Below are positions 1-12,789 of a stretch of DNA of 64,000 nt, piece by piece (positions within the stretch are counted from its first letter, which is position 1; every line of letters starts with the position of its first letter). This DNA is from the human T2T-CHM13v2.0 reference genome, Homo sapiens, in assembly GCF_009914755.1 (NCBI RefSeq), contig NC_060925.1. One strand, given 5' to 3'. Under the pieces are notes generated by a model. It searched no databases, had not been told where the DNA came from, and saw only the letters and a program-made list of their open reading frames with translations. A program made the translations under genes and the position numbers.

Positions 1-357
1 GTTTGCTAAGGCTGCCATAGCAAAGTAACACAGACTGGGTGACTGAACAGAAATTTATGTTCTGATAATTCTGAAGGCTATAATTCCAAGATCAAAGTAT
101 TGGCAGGGTTGATTTCTTCTGACGTCTTTCTCCTTGGCTCATAAATAACCATCTTCTTCCTGTATCTTCACAGTCTTCCCTCTGTGGCCATCTGTGTCCT
201 AATTTTCTCTTCTTTACCAGTCACGTTGGATTAGGGCTCACCCTAATGGCCTCATTTTAACTTTAAATACCCTATCCCCAAATACAGTCATGTTTTGAGA
301 TATTAGGGGTTAGGACTTCAAAATAAGAATTTGAGGGGACACAAGTCAGCCCATAAT
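1..357 (-). mobile_element. MaLR solo LTR, MLT1A-C group (cut by window start)
   Basis: Matches MLT1 reverse-strand motifs: GGCTGCCATAGCAAAGTAACACAGACTGGGTG, GGATTAGGGCTCACCCTAATGGCCTCATTTTAAC, GGGGACACAAGTCAGCCCATAA. Confidence 0.85.
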
Positions 358-819
358 ATTAATAGTAATGTTTGCTCACTTGATCTAGGCTGCATTATTT
401 TACCTAACTTACCGAGCAGAAATATAAGCCTCTATTGTAACCATGATTTTGACCAGAAGCTAGTAATTAGTTTGAGATGATATCGTATAAGTATCTAAAC
501 CAACTTAATTCACCTGGCATTTGGGGTCAAAAAAATAGAATCATTTATTATTAGTTTTTGTAGGTCATCAATATCCAACAACTACATCCATGTGGATCCA
601 AAACAACTATAGAAATGTGTATAATTGATCAAATAAATAGGATTTTTATTTCATTTAATAAAATATAACCTCTGCAAAAACAAAAACTGCATTTTTTTAT
701 TAAAAAAGACTGTGATAGTCAAATAAATACATTGAACAATTCATGAATGAGAACCAAAAATCCAAAACCTTTCACTGACTGGATTTGCATAGCCTAAGAA
801 TATTAAGTATAACTCCTCA

Positions 820-1219
<400 letters not shown>

Positions 1220-1774
1220 TTAGCCTCATCATTACTACCCTACTAGTAATGGGTTGGATAACCAATGTCATTGAAAGAATTGCAAATTAAAAAAAAATTC
1301 TCAGTGCCCCAGAAAGCCACTAGAATTTGAGGTATAGGGAGGATGCTAAAGATAAGGGAGTAACAACTGTCACTAGTAGAATGATAGTAATCATTTTACT
1401 GTGTGGTAATAATAGCAACAATACCTGGAAAAATAACATCCTTGGATCATTCCAGAGATCTATGCGATAGTATTGAATTGCAGGCTTTTCTCTGATACTG
1501 AGTAGAGGAAGAGTAGCCCTCCCTACTAATGTTACTGTGGGAATGCAAATCATGAAAAAATATATATGGCCTATAAATACTGTGCTCAGGTCATTCAAAA
1601 AAAAAATTAAAACTCTTGTTCTACAAGTTGTAATTCATGGATGACTTGAATATGGAGGAGGAAATATAGTACAATTTAAGGAAAGAACTGAACTGGAACA
1701 CATAACACATTCCTTCCCATAACACATTCACTGTGTTATGGTTTTCTGATTCATCTTCATGATAAATTAGCCAA

Positions 1775-1832
1775 AGGGTCTTGGGTGAGTCACTTAACCT
1801 CTCTGGACCCCAGTTTCCTCATTTATAAAGCC
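1775..1832. mobile_element. MIR core fragment
   Basis: CTTGGGTGAGTCACTTAACCTCTCTGGACCCCAGTTTCCTCATTTATAAA resembles the MIR core. Confidence 0.75.
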
Positions 1833-2021
1833 AGAAGCCCAACAAAAGAGCTACCGAGACTCTTGTCTGATTGAAGTAAGCAGTTGCAGAGGCAGAGCCT
1901 GCCTCTTTTGACCTATTTGCCCCCAGACTTTCTTCTGGCAATGCCAGTGTTCCTTGGGACCCCTCCTTGGAACTCAGGCTTCTCAAACCACTGAACATAT
2001 CTCATCTAGAAATAATCTGTG

Positions 2022-2562
2022 GTCAATCCCATTACTGGATTTATATCCAAAGGGATATAACTCATTCTACTTTAAAGACACATGCATGCATATGTTCATT
2101 GCAGCCGTATTCACAACAGCAAAGACATGAAACCAACCTAAATGCCCATCAGTGGTAGACTGGGTAAAGAAAATGTGGTACATATACACTATGCAACACT
2201 ATGCAGCCATAAAAGAAGAACAAGATCATGTCCTTGGCAGGAACATGGATGGAGCTTGAGATCATTATCCTCAGCAAACTAACACAGAAACAGAAAACCA
2301 AATACTGCATAATTCTCACTTATAAGTGGGAGCTAAATGATGAGAACACATGGACACATAGAGGAGAGCAACGCATACTGGGACATTTTGGAGAGTGGAG
2401 GGTGGGAGGAGGGAGAAGATCAGGAAAAATGAATAATGGATACTAGGCTTAACACCTGTGTGATGAAATAATCTGTACAATAAACCTCTATGACACAAGT
2501 TTACCTATGTAACAACCTGCACTGTACTCCTGAACTTAAAATAAAAGTTAAATTTAAAAAAG
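2022..2562 (+). mobile_element. L1 3' end, 5'-truncated (older L1PA, about PA10-16)
   Basis: ORF2 C-terminal remnant (WMELEIIILSKLTQKQKTKY), 3'UTR with G-rich tract, AATAAA and A-rich tail at about 2540-2562. Confidence 0.9.
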
Positions 2563-4439
2563 GAAAAATAAAAGCTCTCTGTGGTCCTCTCAGTCACTAA
2601 AATTCTGCAACCCATGTGAGATTATCTCATTATTAAGTTCCTAAGTATAAACTGACATTTATAGTTTGTCTGGAGATGCAAATTTGCCTAAATTTTGAGA
2701 GGGTCATTCATTAGTCAATGCTTTTCCAAACATTTAGATATCTGCTGTTCCCTCTCCTTGAAATTCTTTCTGTTCTCTTTTATTCTCCCTTCCCATAACA
2801 CATTCACTATTTCTATTAGAAAAACTCCTGCTCAACATTACAAACCCTATTCAGGGTTTCCTATGTTCTCTATGAAGTGTTCCCTACTACCCCATCTAAA
2901 CTTCTGCTGGCTTTCAATCCAATTCCTCCATTTTTCTTTCCTTTGACATTATCCAAACTTCTGTGTTTCCATGGACCTCAGTGTCCTGTGATTATTTCTT
3001 TATGTAACCACTTGTCTTTTTCTGGCAAAAAAAAAAAAGAACCTGTGTCACTCATCTTTACATCTCTGTTTGCCACACCTAACACTGTGCTTAATTGTTA
3101 TTAGTATGCACTCAAGAGTTTTATTAGACTGACGAGATATTTTGAATATAAAGCAACTCTGTAATAGTAATGCACAGAAGCCAGTTAAGGGGTGAAACTG
3201 AGTTCACAGAAGCCCCCATATGGAGCTGAGTTCGTTAATTTAATAACAACCAGATCTGAATTCTTCCTTAATAGATTCAACACTGAGGAAGTGGGATGGG
3301 AACAGAGGTGGGCTAAGGAGTGATCTTTAGCATTGCTATATTACAGTATTGAAAATAATATTTTCCCCTTGTAAAACTTTTGCTTTATTCATTTCTCTTT
3401 AGTCATTATTATTTTTTCTGGGAAACTGAAGGCTCTTATTTGAAGATTTTTTTTTTTCTGGAGTACCCACCCTGGACTTGAGCATGATGTCCTAGAACAA
3501 AATATTCCCAGGAGAAACTTGAGTGAGGAGACAAAAACAAGGTCATTTTTAAAACAGCTTCAAAAGTTAGCCTGCCTCCAAGTTTTTTCCCAGAAGCAGA
3601 ACCCAAACGCTAAAAAAGGATAATCTAGGTTAAACCACTGACTCCCGAAATGTAGTTGCACGTCTTACATGCTCATTGTTCATTATTCAAATGTGGAATA
3701 CATCGACTTTTCTCTGGGAGTGAGGAGAGATGGGACTATAAAAGTATGCTATTAGTGCTAATTATACTTTGCCTTTCACCTTGTTAGCAGAGCAAAGCTA
3801 AAATTTAACGTGATCGACAGGCAGTTTGACTGGGTATTCTTTATTTTAGTAGCCTATGATTTTTCAGTTTTAACTAGCAGAGAAAATAATCAATTTGATG
3901 AGGATAAAACATCAAAATGAAATGAAAATATTACAGTTATTATAAGTTAAAGCACATCAGTAGCTGATTTAGCCATCACCTGAAACACAACAACATCCTG
4001 GTAGCAGAATTCAGATTATTTAGTGAGAAAGTCTTGACTTACACTGGAAATCCGTGGTGAGTATGATGTAGTGACTTTGCCTAAACAGGAAATTGCAAAG
4101 AGGGGAGAGTAGAGGAGGCCTGCTGGTTACTGTGCAAGTAGAGTCACAAGTAAATTGACAATGTTTTGGTCTTCTTATTTCTTGGCCAGTGCAGACAAAG
4201 GTCTAGGCAAGAAGTCAAAGCCAGATGACTAAATAATTATAAATCTTCCTAAATTCGAAATCTCTATAGTTAGTGGGGAAGCAGCTGACCAGGATGAGGT
4301 ACAACAATACTCAGAACATCAGGATATGTATTTGGCAATTTGGCTTCACTGTGCCAAGTTTTAAACTTTCTTATTTAAGAAAGAGCCTCTTAATCTGAGC
4401 AAATGGGCTCAACTATATGTTATGTCTGTGCCTGTATAT

Positions 4440-4640
4440 AGTGGTAAAGAATGCCAACCCTCTACTAAGGAACAAACATGGATTATCTGATTTAATCCTT
4501 ACAACCCTATGGTGCAGGGACTATTACAAGCCCCATTGTGCAGATAAGGTACAACATTGTTCAATAATGTATGCAAGGTCACAGAGCCAGAAAGTGACTT
4601 TAAACTCAGGCAACCTGACTCTAAAGCCAACACTTTACTG
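4440..4640. mobile_element. MIR, crossed by the outer breakpoint of the inverted duplication
   Basis: TTAATCCTTACAACCCTATG...CCCATTGTGCAGATAAGG...CAAGGTCACAGAGCCAG...CAGGCAACCTGACTCTAAAGCC. Confidence 0.7.
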
Positions 4641-6036
4641 CTCCTGCAGTAAAAATAGGAAAGATGCAGGCCTTGTAGGAATTTCTAAGGAACAAGTGAA
4701 ATTAATATCAGAGCAAATCATTTTATTAGTGCTCTTAAAATCTTCAAAGAGGCAATAGCTTAAATATTGGAACCGCCAAGGAATTTGAAATTTACTTTAC
4801 CAGTGTCTTTCAAATATGCCGAGGAGGCCCAGCCCCTGAAAATGATGGCATTCTTCTCAGAACATCATGAAATAATGATGTAGCCAAGGACATCATTGGA
4901 AGTAGGAAAAAACTTTATTCTCAGAAAATATGCTTGCATTCTGAACCTCTAAATAGGACCAATAATATATATAATATTTGGAGAAATCACATTTGTTTTC
5001 AAGTTTTTAGTTTCATATTTTTGCCTATTGGTCATTCCTTTTACCCTCTGTTAACAGGAGACAAATTGTAGCAAGTCTCATTTTTCCGCATTTAGGAAAA
5101 ATCAAAGATGAAATGAATAATATTCTGCATTAATTCATTTTTCTGCAATTTTGGAAAAGAAGATGATGTCCTATTGCAAGACAATAAGCTTGTTCATCTT
5201 TTGGAACACTCCCAGAGAACGGTCAGGAACCACTGGACAGACCAGAAAATGTCCTAAGCTTTGTTACTTTGAGAATACCTTTGCCATAAAAGCTTTTTTA
5301 GTTGTATATTTTGAATATAATTGTATAACTAAAGAATATTTATTGAAAATTTTTGGGAAATAAAGATACTCATAATATGACTTTTCCAATATGCTCTTAA
5401 TACTTTGGAAGAATTTTCATCAATAAACATGAATCCTGTTTATTCTTCGGCCCTTTATAGAAGACCTGCCCTAGAGTATGGTCTTAGGGAATTTGAGTTT
5501 ATGCTGGAGTCTGCCACAAACTCCTTGTGAACTCAAGAAAATATTGCTCTTCCTGGTCTCAGTAGAGGATGAGGAGGAATCTATGTTGCCAACCAATTTC
5601 CAGGGCTTTTCGTGTGAATACATTTTATATGATATTAGAGCCTGAGCTTTCTAAATGCCAGTGTTATAACTACTGCCAGGCAACCCCTAGTGTAGATGAA
5701 ACAGATTTCTATACAGCATAATTTGTGTAGGTCCAACTACTCAACTTCTTTGTAGGTCCAAAAAAAGAGGGAGAGGAAGAGCTCAGTAGGATGCTGGAAA
5801 TGTTCCAGAGCTGATGGACCCAGAAGTCAATAAGTTAGTAAACATGTGTTCAGCACCAACAGTATCATTATAACAACCATAAACTTAATTGGCACTATTT
5901 ATTGGACTGTAAGAAAGGAAAAACAGAGAATCCGAATTACCGCCTGACCCCTTTCCTTATACATTTTCCTATATTTATGCCTAGATTACATAACTTAATG
6001 TAAGGAGTTGAGGTTCTCCACCCATCAAAGTCTTGA

Positions 6037-6500
<464 letters not shown>

Positions 6501-6504
6501 AGGC

Positions 6505-6953
6505 TTTCATGAGCATCCGTGTGAAGAGACCACCAAACAGGCTTTGTGTGAGCAACATGGCTGTTTATTTCACCTGGGTGCAGGTGGGCTGAGTCTGAAA
6601 AGAGTCAGTGACGGGAGATAAGGGTGGGGCAGTCTTATAGGATTTGGGTAGGTAAAGGAAAATTACAGTCAAAGGGGTTTGTTCTCTGGCGGGCAGGAGT
6701 GGGGGTCGCAAGGTGCTCAGTGGGGGTGTTTTTGAGCCAGGATGAGCCAGGAAAAGGACTTTCACAAGGTAATGTCATCAGTTAAGGCAAGGACCGGCCA
6801 TTTACACTCCTTTTGTGGTGGAATGTCATCAGTTAAGGTGGGGCAGGGCATATTCACTTCTTTTGTGATTCTTCAGTTACTTCAGGTCATCTGGGCATAT
6901 ACGTGCAAGTCACAGGGGATGTGATGGCTTGGCTTGGGCTCAGAGGCCTGACA
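6505..6953 (-). repeat. HERV-H 3' LTR (LTR7)
   Basis: Minus strand TGTCAGGCCTCTGAG...CATGAAA; AATAAA at 6564-6569 (minus); TATA box altered to TATAAGA. Confidence 0.96.
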
Positions 6954-8819
6954 TTTCTGCCTTCTTATATTAATAAGAAAAATAAAACAAAATAGTGTTG
7001 AAGTGTTGGGGCGGTGTAAATTTTTGGGGGGTGGTATGGAGAGAGAATGGGCGATGTTTCTCAGGGCTGCTTCAAGCGGGATTAGGGGCGGCGTGGGAAC
7101 CTAGAGTGGGAGAGATTAAGCTGAAGGGAGGTCTTGTGGTAAGGGGTGATATTGTGGGGATGTTAGAAGAAACATTTGTCGTATAGAATGATTGGTGATG
7201 GCCTGGATACGGTTTTGTATGAATTGAAAAACTAAATGGAATAACAGAAGGAGAAAAACAGGTATAAAAGGTCTAAGAATTGGGACGACTCAGGATATCT
7301 GATTAGAGAGTGCTTAAGGAGATTCGGCATAGTCCTGCCAGCAAAGATTATTTATTTACTTCAAGAGTTAAAAGTGGAAGTTTGGGGATAGCACCAGGAG
7401 ATATCAGCTGTGATGGCTTGGAAAAACAGTGTAAACTGGCAGTGTAAACAAGAGCAGGGCATGTATGAGTAGTTGAGAATGGTGGAGTATGACTAGACAG
7501 AAAATAGTAGGGATGACAAGATTTTTTTTTTGGGCGGTGGGGGCACAGTCTAAGTTGGTCTGGTGTCTGGAATGATACTGGGGCCTAATAAAAAGGAGCG
7601 TCTATACAGGAGCTTAAATGGGCTGTACCCTGTAGCATTCCGAGGACAGGCCTGAATTCTGAGAAGGGAAAGTGGTAAAAGTATTGTCCGGTCCTTTTTA
7701 AGTTGGTGGCTGAGCTTGGTGAGGTGTGTTTTTAAAAGACCTTTAGTCCATTCTACTTTTCTTGAAGATGGAGGACCGTAAGGGATATAAAGGTTTCACT
7801 GAATACTAAGAGCCTGAAAAACTGCTTGGCTGATTTGACTAATAAAGGCTCATCTGTTATCAGACTGTATTGAGGTGGGAAGGCTAAACTGAGGAATTAT
7901 GCCTGACAGAAGGGAAGAAATGACTGCGGTGGCCTTCTCAGACCCTGTAGGAAAGGCCTTTACTTATTCAGTGAAAGTGTCTATTTAGACTAAGAGGTAT
8001 TTAGTTTCCTGACTGGGGCATGTTGAGTAAAGCTAATTTGCCAGTCCTGGGTGGGGGCAAATCCTCGAGCTTGATGTGTAGGGAAGGGAGGGGGCCTGAA
8101 TAATGTGAGGAACAGGAAAGAAGGAAATTTGGGGAAATGGGGTGAATGTCAGGTGGATCAGAGAGATACAGTCATGGGGGTCAGGTGTAGTATCAGGAAT
8201 AATGTGGGAGGCCGGATTGAAGTCTGGGCCAGGAACAATGGTAATTGTGGGAGACTCCACAAAGAGTGAGTATAGCTGAAGGAGCCGGGAAGCAGAAAGT
8301 ATGTACGTCAGGTATGAGGAAGAAAATAGATTTTGGAAGTTATGAGAACTGTAGAGAGTGAGTTGAGCATAGTTTGTGATTTTGAGGGCCTCTAAAAGTA
8401 TTAAAGCAGCGGCAGCCGCTGCACGCAGACATGAGGGCTAGGCTAAAACAGTAAGGTCAAGTTGTCTGGACAGAAAGGCTACAGGGTGCAGTCCTGGCTC
8501 TTGTGTAAGAATTCTGACTGCACTAACTATGCCTAGGAAGGAAAGGAGTTGTTTTGTAAGGGATTGAGGTTTGGGAGATTAATCAGACACGATCAGCAGG
8601 GAAAGCACGTAGGTTTTTATGAGAATTATGCCGAGATAGGTAACAGATGAGGATGAAATTTGGGCTTGACTGAAGTAATGGGGGCTGTCTATGAAGCTTT
8701 GCGGCAGTACAGCCTTGGTAATTTGCTGAGCCTAATGGGTGTCAGGGTCAGTCTAAGTGAAAGCAAAGAGAGGCTGGGACGAGGGGTGCAGGAGAATAGT
8801 GAAAAAAGCATCTTTAAGA

Positions 8820-9146
8820 TCAAGCACGGAATAGTGAGTTGTGGAGGAAGTTATTGAGGACAAAAGAGTGTACGGGGTTGGGCACCACAGGGGGGATAGG
8901 CAAAACAATTTGGTTGATAAGGTGCAGATCCTGAACTAACTTGTAAGGCTTGTCTGGTTTTAGGACAGGTAAAATGGGGTAATTGTAAGGAGAGTTTATA
9001 GGCTTTAAAAGGCCATGCTGTAGCAGGCGAGTGATAACAGGCTTTAATCTTTTTAAAGCGTGCTGCGGGACGGGATATTGGCGTTGAGTGGGGTAAGGGT
9101 GATTAGGTTTTAATGAGATGGTAAGGGGTGCATGATTGGTCGCCAA
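8820..9146 (-). pseudogene. pol: HERV-H pol (RT N-terminal) remnant
   Basis: QRQYPVP...[41 protein letters not shown]...PVVPNP, gammaretroviral RT motifs; frameshifted afterwards. Confidence 0.9.
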
Positions 9147-9164
9147 GGAGGGAGTAGAGGTATC

Positions 9165-9510
9165 TTATACTTGTGGGTTAAGGTCGGGGGATACAAGAGG
9201 AGGACGCAAAGGAGGCTTTGGATTGGGAAGAAGGGTGGCAATGAGATATAGCTGTAGTCCAGGAATAGTCAGGGAAGCAGATAATTTAAAGTGTCTTAAG
9301 CCTAATAAGGGAACTGGGCAGGTGGGGATAACTAAAAAGGAGTGCTTAAAAGAGTATTGTCTAAGTTGGCACCAGAGTTGGGGAGTTTTAAGAAGTTTAG
9401 AAGCCTGGCCATCAATACCCACAACAGTTACGGAGGCAAGGGAAACAGGCCCTTGAAAAGAGGGTAATGTGGAGTGGGTAGCCTCCGTATTGATTAAGAA
9501 GGGGACGGGC
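9165..9510 (-). pseudogene. pro: HERV-H protease remnant
   Basis: Active-site region reads FLINTEATHS instead of LxDTGA; downstream GIDG...HSFLVIPTCPVPLLG. Confidence 0.85.
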
Positions 9511-9701
9511 TTACCTTCCCCTGTGAGAGTTACCAGAAGCTCGGCGTCCCTGATGGTCTAGGGGGCTTCCGAGGCTATCGGGCAGTGTCAGTCTTCAGCC
9601 GCTAAGCGGAGAAGATCTGGGAAGGAGTCAGTCAGAGAGCCTTGGGCCAGAGTTCCAGGGGCTCTGGGAGTGGCTGCCAGGTGAGTTGAACAGTCCGATT
9701 T

Positions 9702-10195
9702 TCAGTGCGGTCCCACACAGATGGGACGCGGCTTAGGAGGAATCCCGGGCTGCGGGCATTCCTTGGCCCAGTGGCCAGATTTCCGGCACGTGTAGCAAGC
9801 TCCTGTGGGAGGAGGTTCTGGAGGAACGCCTGGCCGCTGCGGTTCAGGCGTTTGGAAGTTCTTGTGTGCTGGAGATTTGGCTGGGGTTTGTCTCACAGTG
9901 GAGGCAAGGAATTGCAACTTTTTTCTGTTATTGTACACCTTGAAGGTGAGGTTAATTAAGTCCTGTTGTGGGGTTTGAGGGCCAGATTCCAATTTTTGGA
10001 GTTTTATTTAATGTCGGGAGCAGATTGGGTAATAAAATGTATATTGAGAATAAGACGGCCTTTTGACCTTTTAGGGTCTAGGGCTGTAAAACGTCTCAGG
10101 GTTGCTGCCAAATGAGCCATGAACTGGGCTGGATTTTTATATTTGATGAAAAAGAGCCTAAACGCTTCTGATTTGGGATAAAGAAAAAGGAGCAT
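9702..10195 (-). pseudogene. gag: HERV-H gag remnant (CA C-terminus and nucleocapsid)
   Basis: HFITQSAPDIK and CCHC zinc knuckle CYTCRKSGHWAKEC, interrupted by a stop. Confidence 0.9.
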
Positions 10196-10904
10196 TAACC
10201 TTGACTATGCCTTTGGCTCCAGCCACCTTTTTAAGAGTAAATTGCTGGGCAGGTGGGGGAGGGCTAGTCACGGAACGAAACTGTAAGCCGGACCAGGTGT
10301 GAGGAGGGGAGGTGATAAAAAGATTATAGGGTGGAGGAGCAGAGGCTGAGGAAGAATTGGGACCTAGCTCGGCCTGGCGAGGAGCAGCCTGGGGAGGAAG
10401 GAAGAGGTCAGATTTGTCTGTAGAAAAGGAAGATTAGAAAGACTCAGCGACACTTGGGGTTGGTACTGAGGGGACAGGCGGGAGGGAAAGAAGGAAGATT
10501 TGGGATGAGTTGCCCTGAGCACAGAGATTAGGAAGGGACTGATGTGTAAAAGAATGCCTCGACGTCAGGCACCTCAGACCGTTTGCCTATTTTACGACAA
10601 GAATTATTTAGATTTTGCAGGATGGAAAAATTCAAAGTGCCATTTTCTGGCTATTTGGAACTACTGTCAAGTTTGTATTGGGGTCAAGCGGCATTGCAGA
10701 AGAAAATAAGGCATTTAGGTTTTAGGTCAGGTGTGAGTTGAAGAGGTTTTAAGTTTTTGAGAACACAGGCCAAGGGAGTAGAAGGAGGAATGGAGGGTGG
10801 AAGGTTGCCCACAGTGAAGGAAGCAAGCCTAGAGAAAAGAGAGAGTAGAGAAATGGAGAGAAGGGGTTTGGGGGTTCTTATCTTCCAGAAAAGTGGGAAA
10901 GGGG

Positions 10905-11082
10905 GTTGGGGCACAGAGATAAGAGGTTGGGGTGTGGAAATAAGGGATTGGGGTGCAGAGATATAAGAGGTTGGGGTGCAGAAATAAGGGATTGGGGCAC
11001 AGAGGTAAGAGGTCAGGGTGCGGAAATAAGGGATTGGGGCACAGAGATAAGAGGTTGGGGCGTGGAAATAAGGGATTGGGGG
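10905..11082. repeat. G-rich tandem repeat in the HERV-H leader (about 4 x 42 bp, 21-bp subunits)
   Basis: Unit GGGGCACAGAGATAAGAGGTTGGGGTGTGGAAATAAGGGATT repeated with variation. Confidence 0.9.
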
Positions 11083-11470
11083 TTTTTGCCCCGTAGAAAA
11101 GTGGGACTCGCCGCTAAGGGTGAAGGAGAAGGGGTTGAGGGGTAGTTGCCCCTCTCCTAGAAAAGCGGGACTTGCTGCTAAGGGTGAAGGACCAAGGCAG
11201 GCATCCCTGGGTGGTCGGACACCCTTGAAACGTGGGTGTATAATCAGAGAGGTGTCCCTGCAATGATTAAACACCAAAGGAAGGCTGCCTTCCCTGTCCG
11301 TGACCGGCGCCGGAGTTTTGGGTCCACGGATAAAACGTGTCTCCTCTGTCTCTACCAGAAAATGAAAGGAATTGAAATTAAGGGAGAGATTGAAGTGTGG
11401 CGCCAAGATTGAAAGGAGAAACAGGTTGAGGGATAGTGAGGGAGGTTGGAGAAGAGGGTAAAAAGAGGCC

Positions 11471-11479
11471 GCTTACCGG
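11471..11479 (-). promoter_or_regulatory. HERV-H leader splice donor
   Basis: Minus strand AAATCCG|GTAAGC, about 145 nt downstream of the 5' LTR. Confidence 0.75.
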
Positions 11480-11602
11480 ATTTGAAATTGGTGAGAAGTT
11501 TCTTGGGCTGGTCGGTCTGAGGACCTGAGGTCATAGGTGGATCTTTCTCACGGAGCAAAGAACAGGAGGACAGGGGATTGATCTCCCAAGAGAGGTCCCC
11601 TG

Positions 11603-11620
11603 ATCTGAGTCACGGCACCA
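11603..11620 (-). promoter_or_regulatory. Primer binding site complementary to tRNA-His
   Basis: Minus strand TGGTGCCGTGACTCAGAT, one mismatch to TGGTGCCGTGACTCGGAT, immediately after the 5' LTR. Confidence 0.93.
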
Positions 11621-11622
11621 AA

Positions 11623-12073
11623 TTTTATGCGCGTCCGTGTGAAGAGACCACCAAACAGGCTTTGTGTGAGCAACATGGCTGTTTATTTCACCTGGGTGCA
11701 GGTGGGCTGAGTCCGAAAAGAGTCAGCGAAGGGGGATAAGGATGGGGCTGTTTTATACGATTGGGGTAGGTAAAGGAAAATTACAGTCAAAGGGGGTTTG
11801 TTCTCTGGCGGGCAGGAGTGGGGGTTGCAAGGTGCTCAGTGGGGGTGCTTTTTGAGCCAGGATGAGCCAGGAAAAGGACTTTCACAAGGTAATGTCATCA
11901 GTTAAGGCAAGGACCGGCCATTTACACTCCTTTTGTGGTGGAATGTCATCAGTTAAGGTGGGGCAGGGCCTATTCACTTCTTTTGTGATTCTTCAGTTAC
12001 TTCAGGTCATCTGGGCGTATACGTGCAGGTCACAGGGGATGCGATGGCTTGGCTTGGGCTCAGAGGCCTGACA
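11623..12073 (-). promoter_or_regulatory. HERV-H 5' LTR (LTR7) promoter/enhancer
   Basis: About 96% identical to 6505-6953; intact TATAAAA at 11751-11757 (minus); duplicated TTAACTGATGACATT and ACAAAAG motifs in U3. Confidence 0.93.
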
Positions 12074-12789
12074 AAGGCTACTTTTTAAAAGGTGTTTTTA
12101 AAAGGGCTAGTAACAAAGACTTGAAGGGCACCCTGTAACCAGCACGTTTTGACAGAAAACTGCTACAATACCACCAGCAGCTCCCTTCCTACTCTCCACA
12201 TATTACTGGCCACAAAGACTATGCTACACTGTGGCTTCAAACTCTGTATAAGACTCTAAGAGAGCCAACTTCAGCCTGGTGTTTCCTCATGGAGTCCCTC
12301 ACTAGGTTCCACACATACATTTGGGCAAGTTCCTTAAAGTTGCTATATTACAGTATAAAGGAGAAGCAGTCAACAAACCTCACAATCTTTGCAAGCCTCA
12401 CTCTTCAACTAGTCACAGCTGATAACTATTCTCCTGAAGTCTTGTTTTAAAGAGACCATTTACCCCAGGCCACTACAAGCCACAGATTCTGAGTATCTCA
12501 TTTTGTTTCATCATGGAAGTTGTTTCATGTTCAAGCACAATCTGGTTAATAACAAATCCCAGATTTCTAACTTTGAGGTTTTGTTTCCTAGGATCACTGT
12601 TGGTAGGTACCACGTGTTTTTATCTAGACTAGTGAGGAAAATAGAACTCACTTTAGATTTCTGAATAAAAGAGATTGAGTGAAGGGTATTGCTTATAAAC
12701 GTGCTTAAGGGGATGAAAGAGCGAAAGGAAAAAGAGGTTACTTTAAAATGAGGATATTACTATTGCTTCTGAACCCGAATCTGGCATGA

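Larger units (their letters stand above)
6505..12073 (-). mobile_element. HERV-H provirus, common internally deleted form (5569 bp)
   Basis: Two ~450-bp LTRs, tRNA-His PBS, gag/pro/pol remnants, purine tract next to the 3' LTR, 5-bp TSD AAGGC at 6500-6504 and 12074-12078. Confidence 0.98.

Noticed and set aside
5151-5363. 70-aa ORF repeated at 46761-46973, and 12917-13177 repeated at 44307-44543, resembling a gene pair
   Set aside because: Similarity follows from the DNA duplication; mostly non-ATG starts, many amino-acid changes, no domain or splice evidence
6742-6924. ORF repeated at 11862-12071
   Set aside because: Antisense reading of the two LTR7 copies
10905-11082. Regularly spaced repeats resembling a CRISPR array
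   Set aside because: Head-to-tail units without unique spacers, inside the HERV-H leader, eukaryotic DNA, no cas genes
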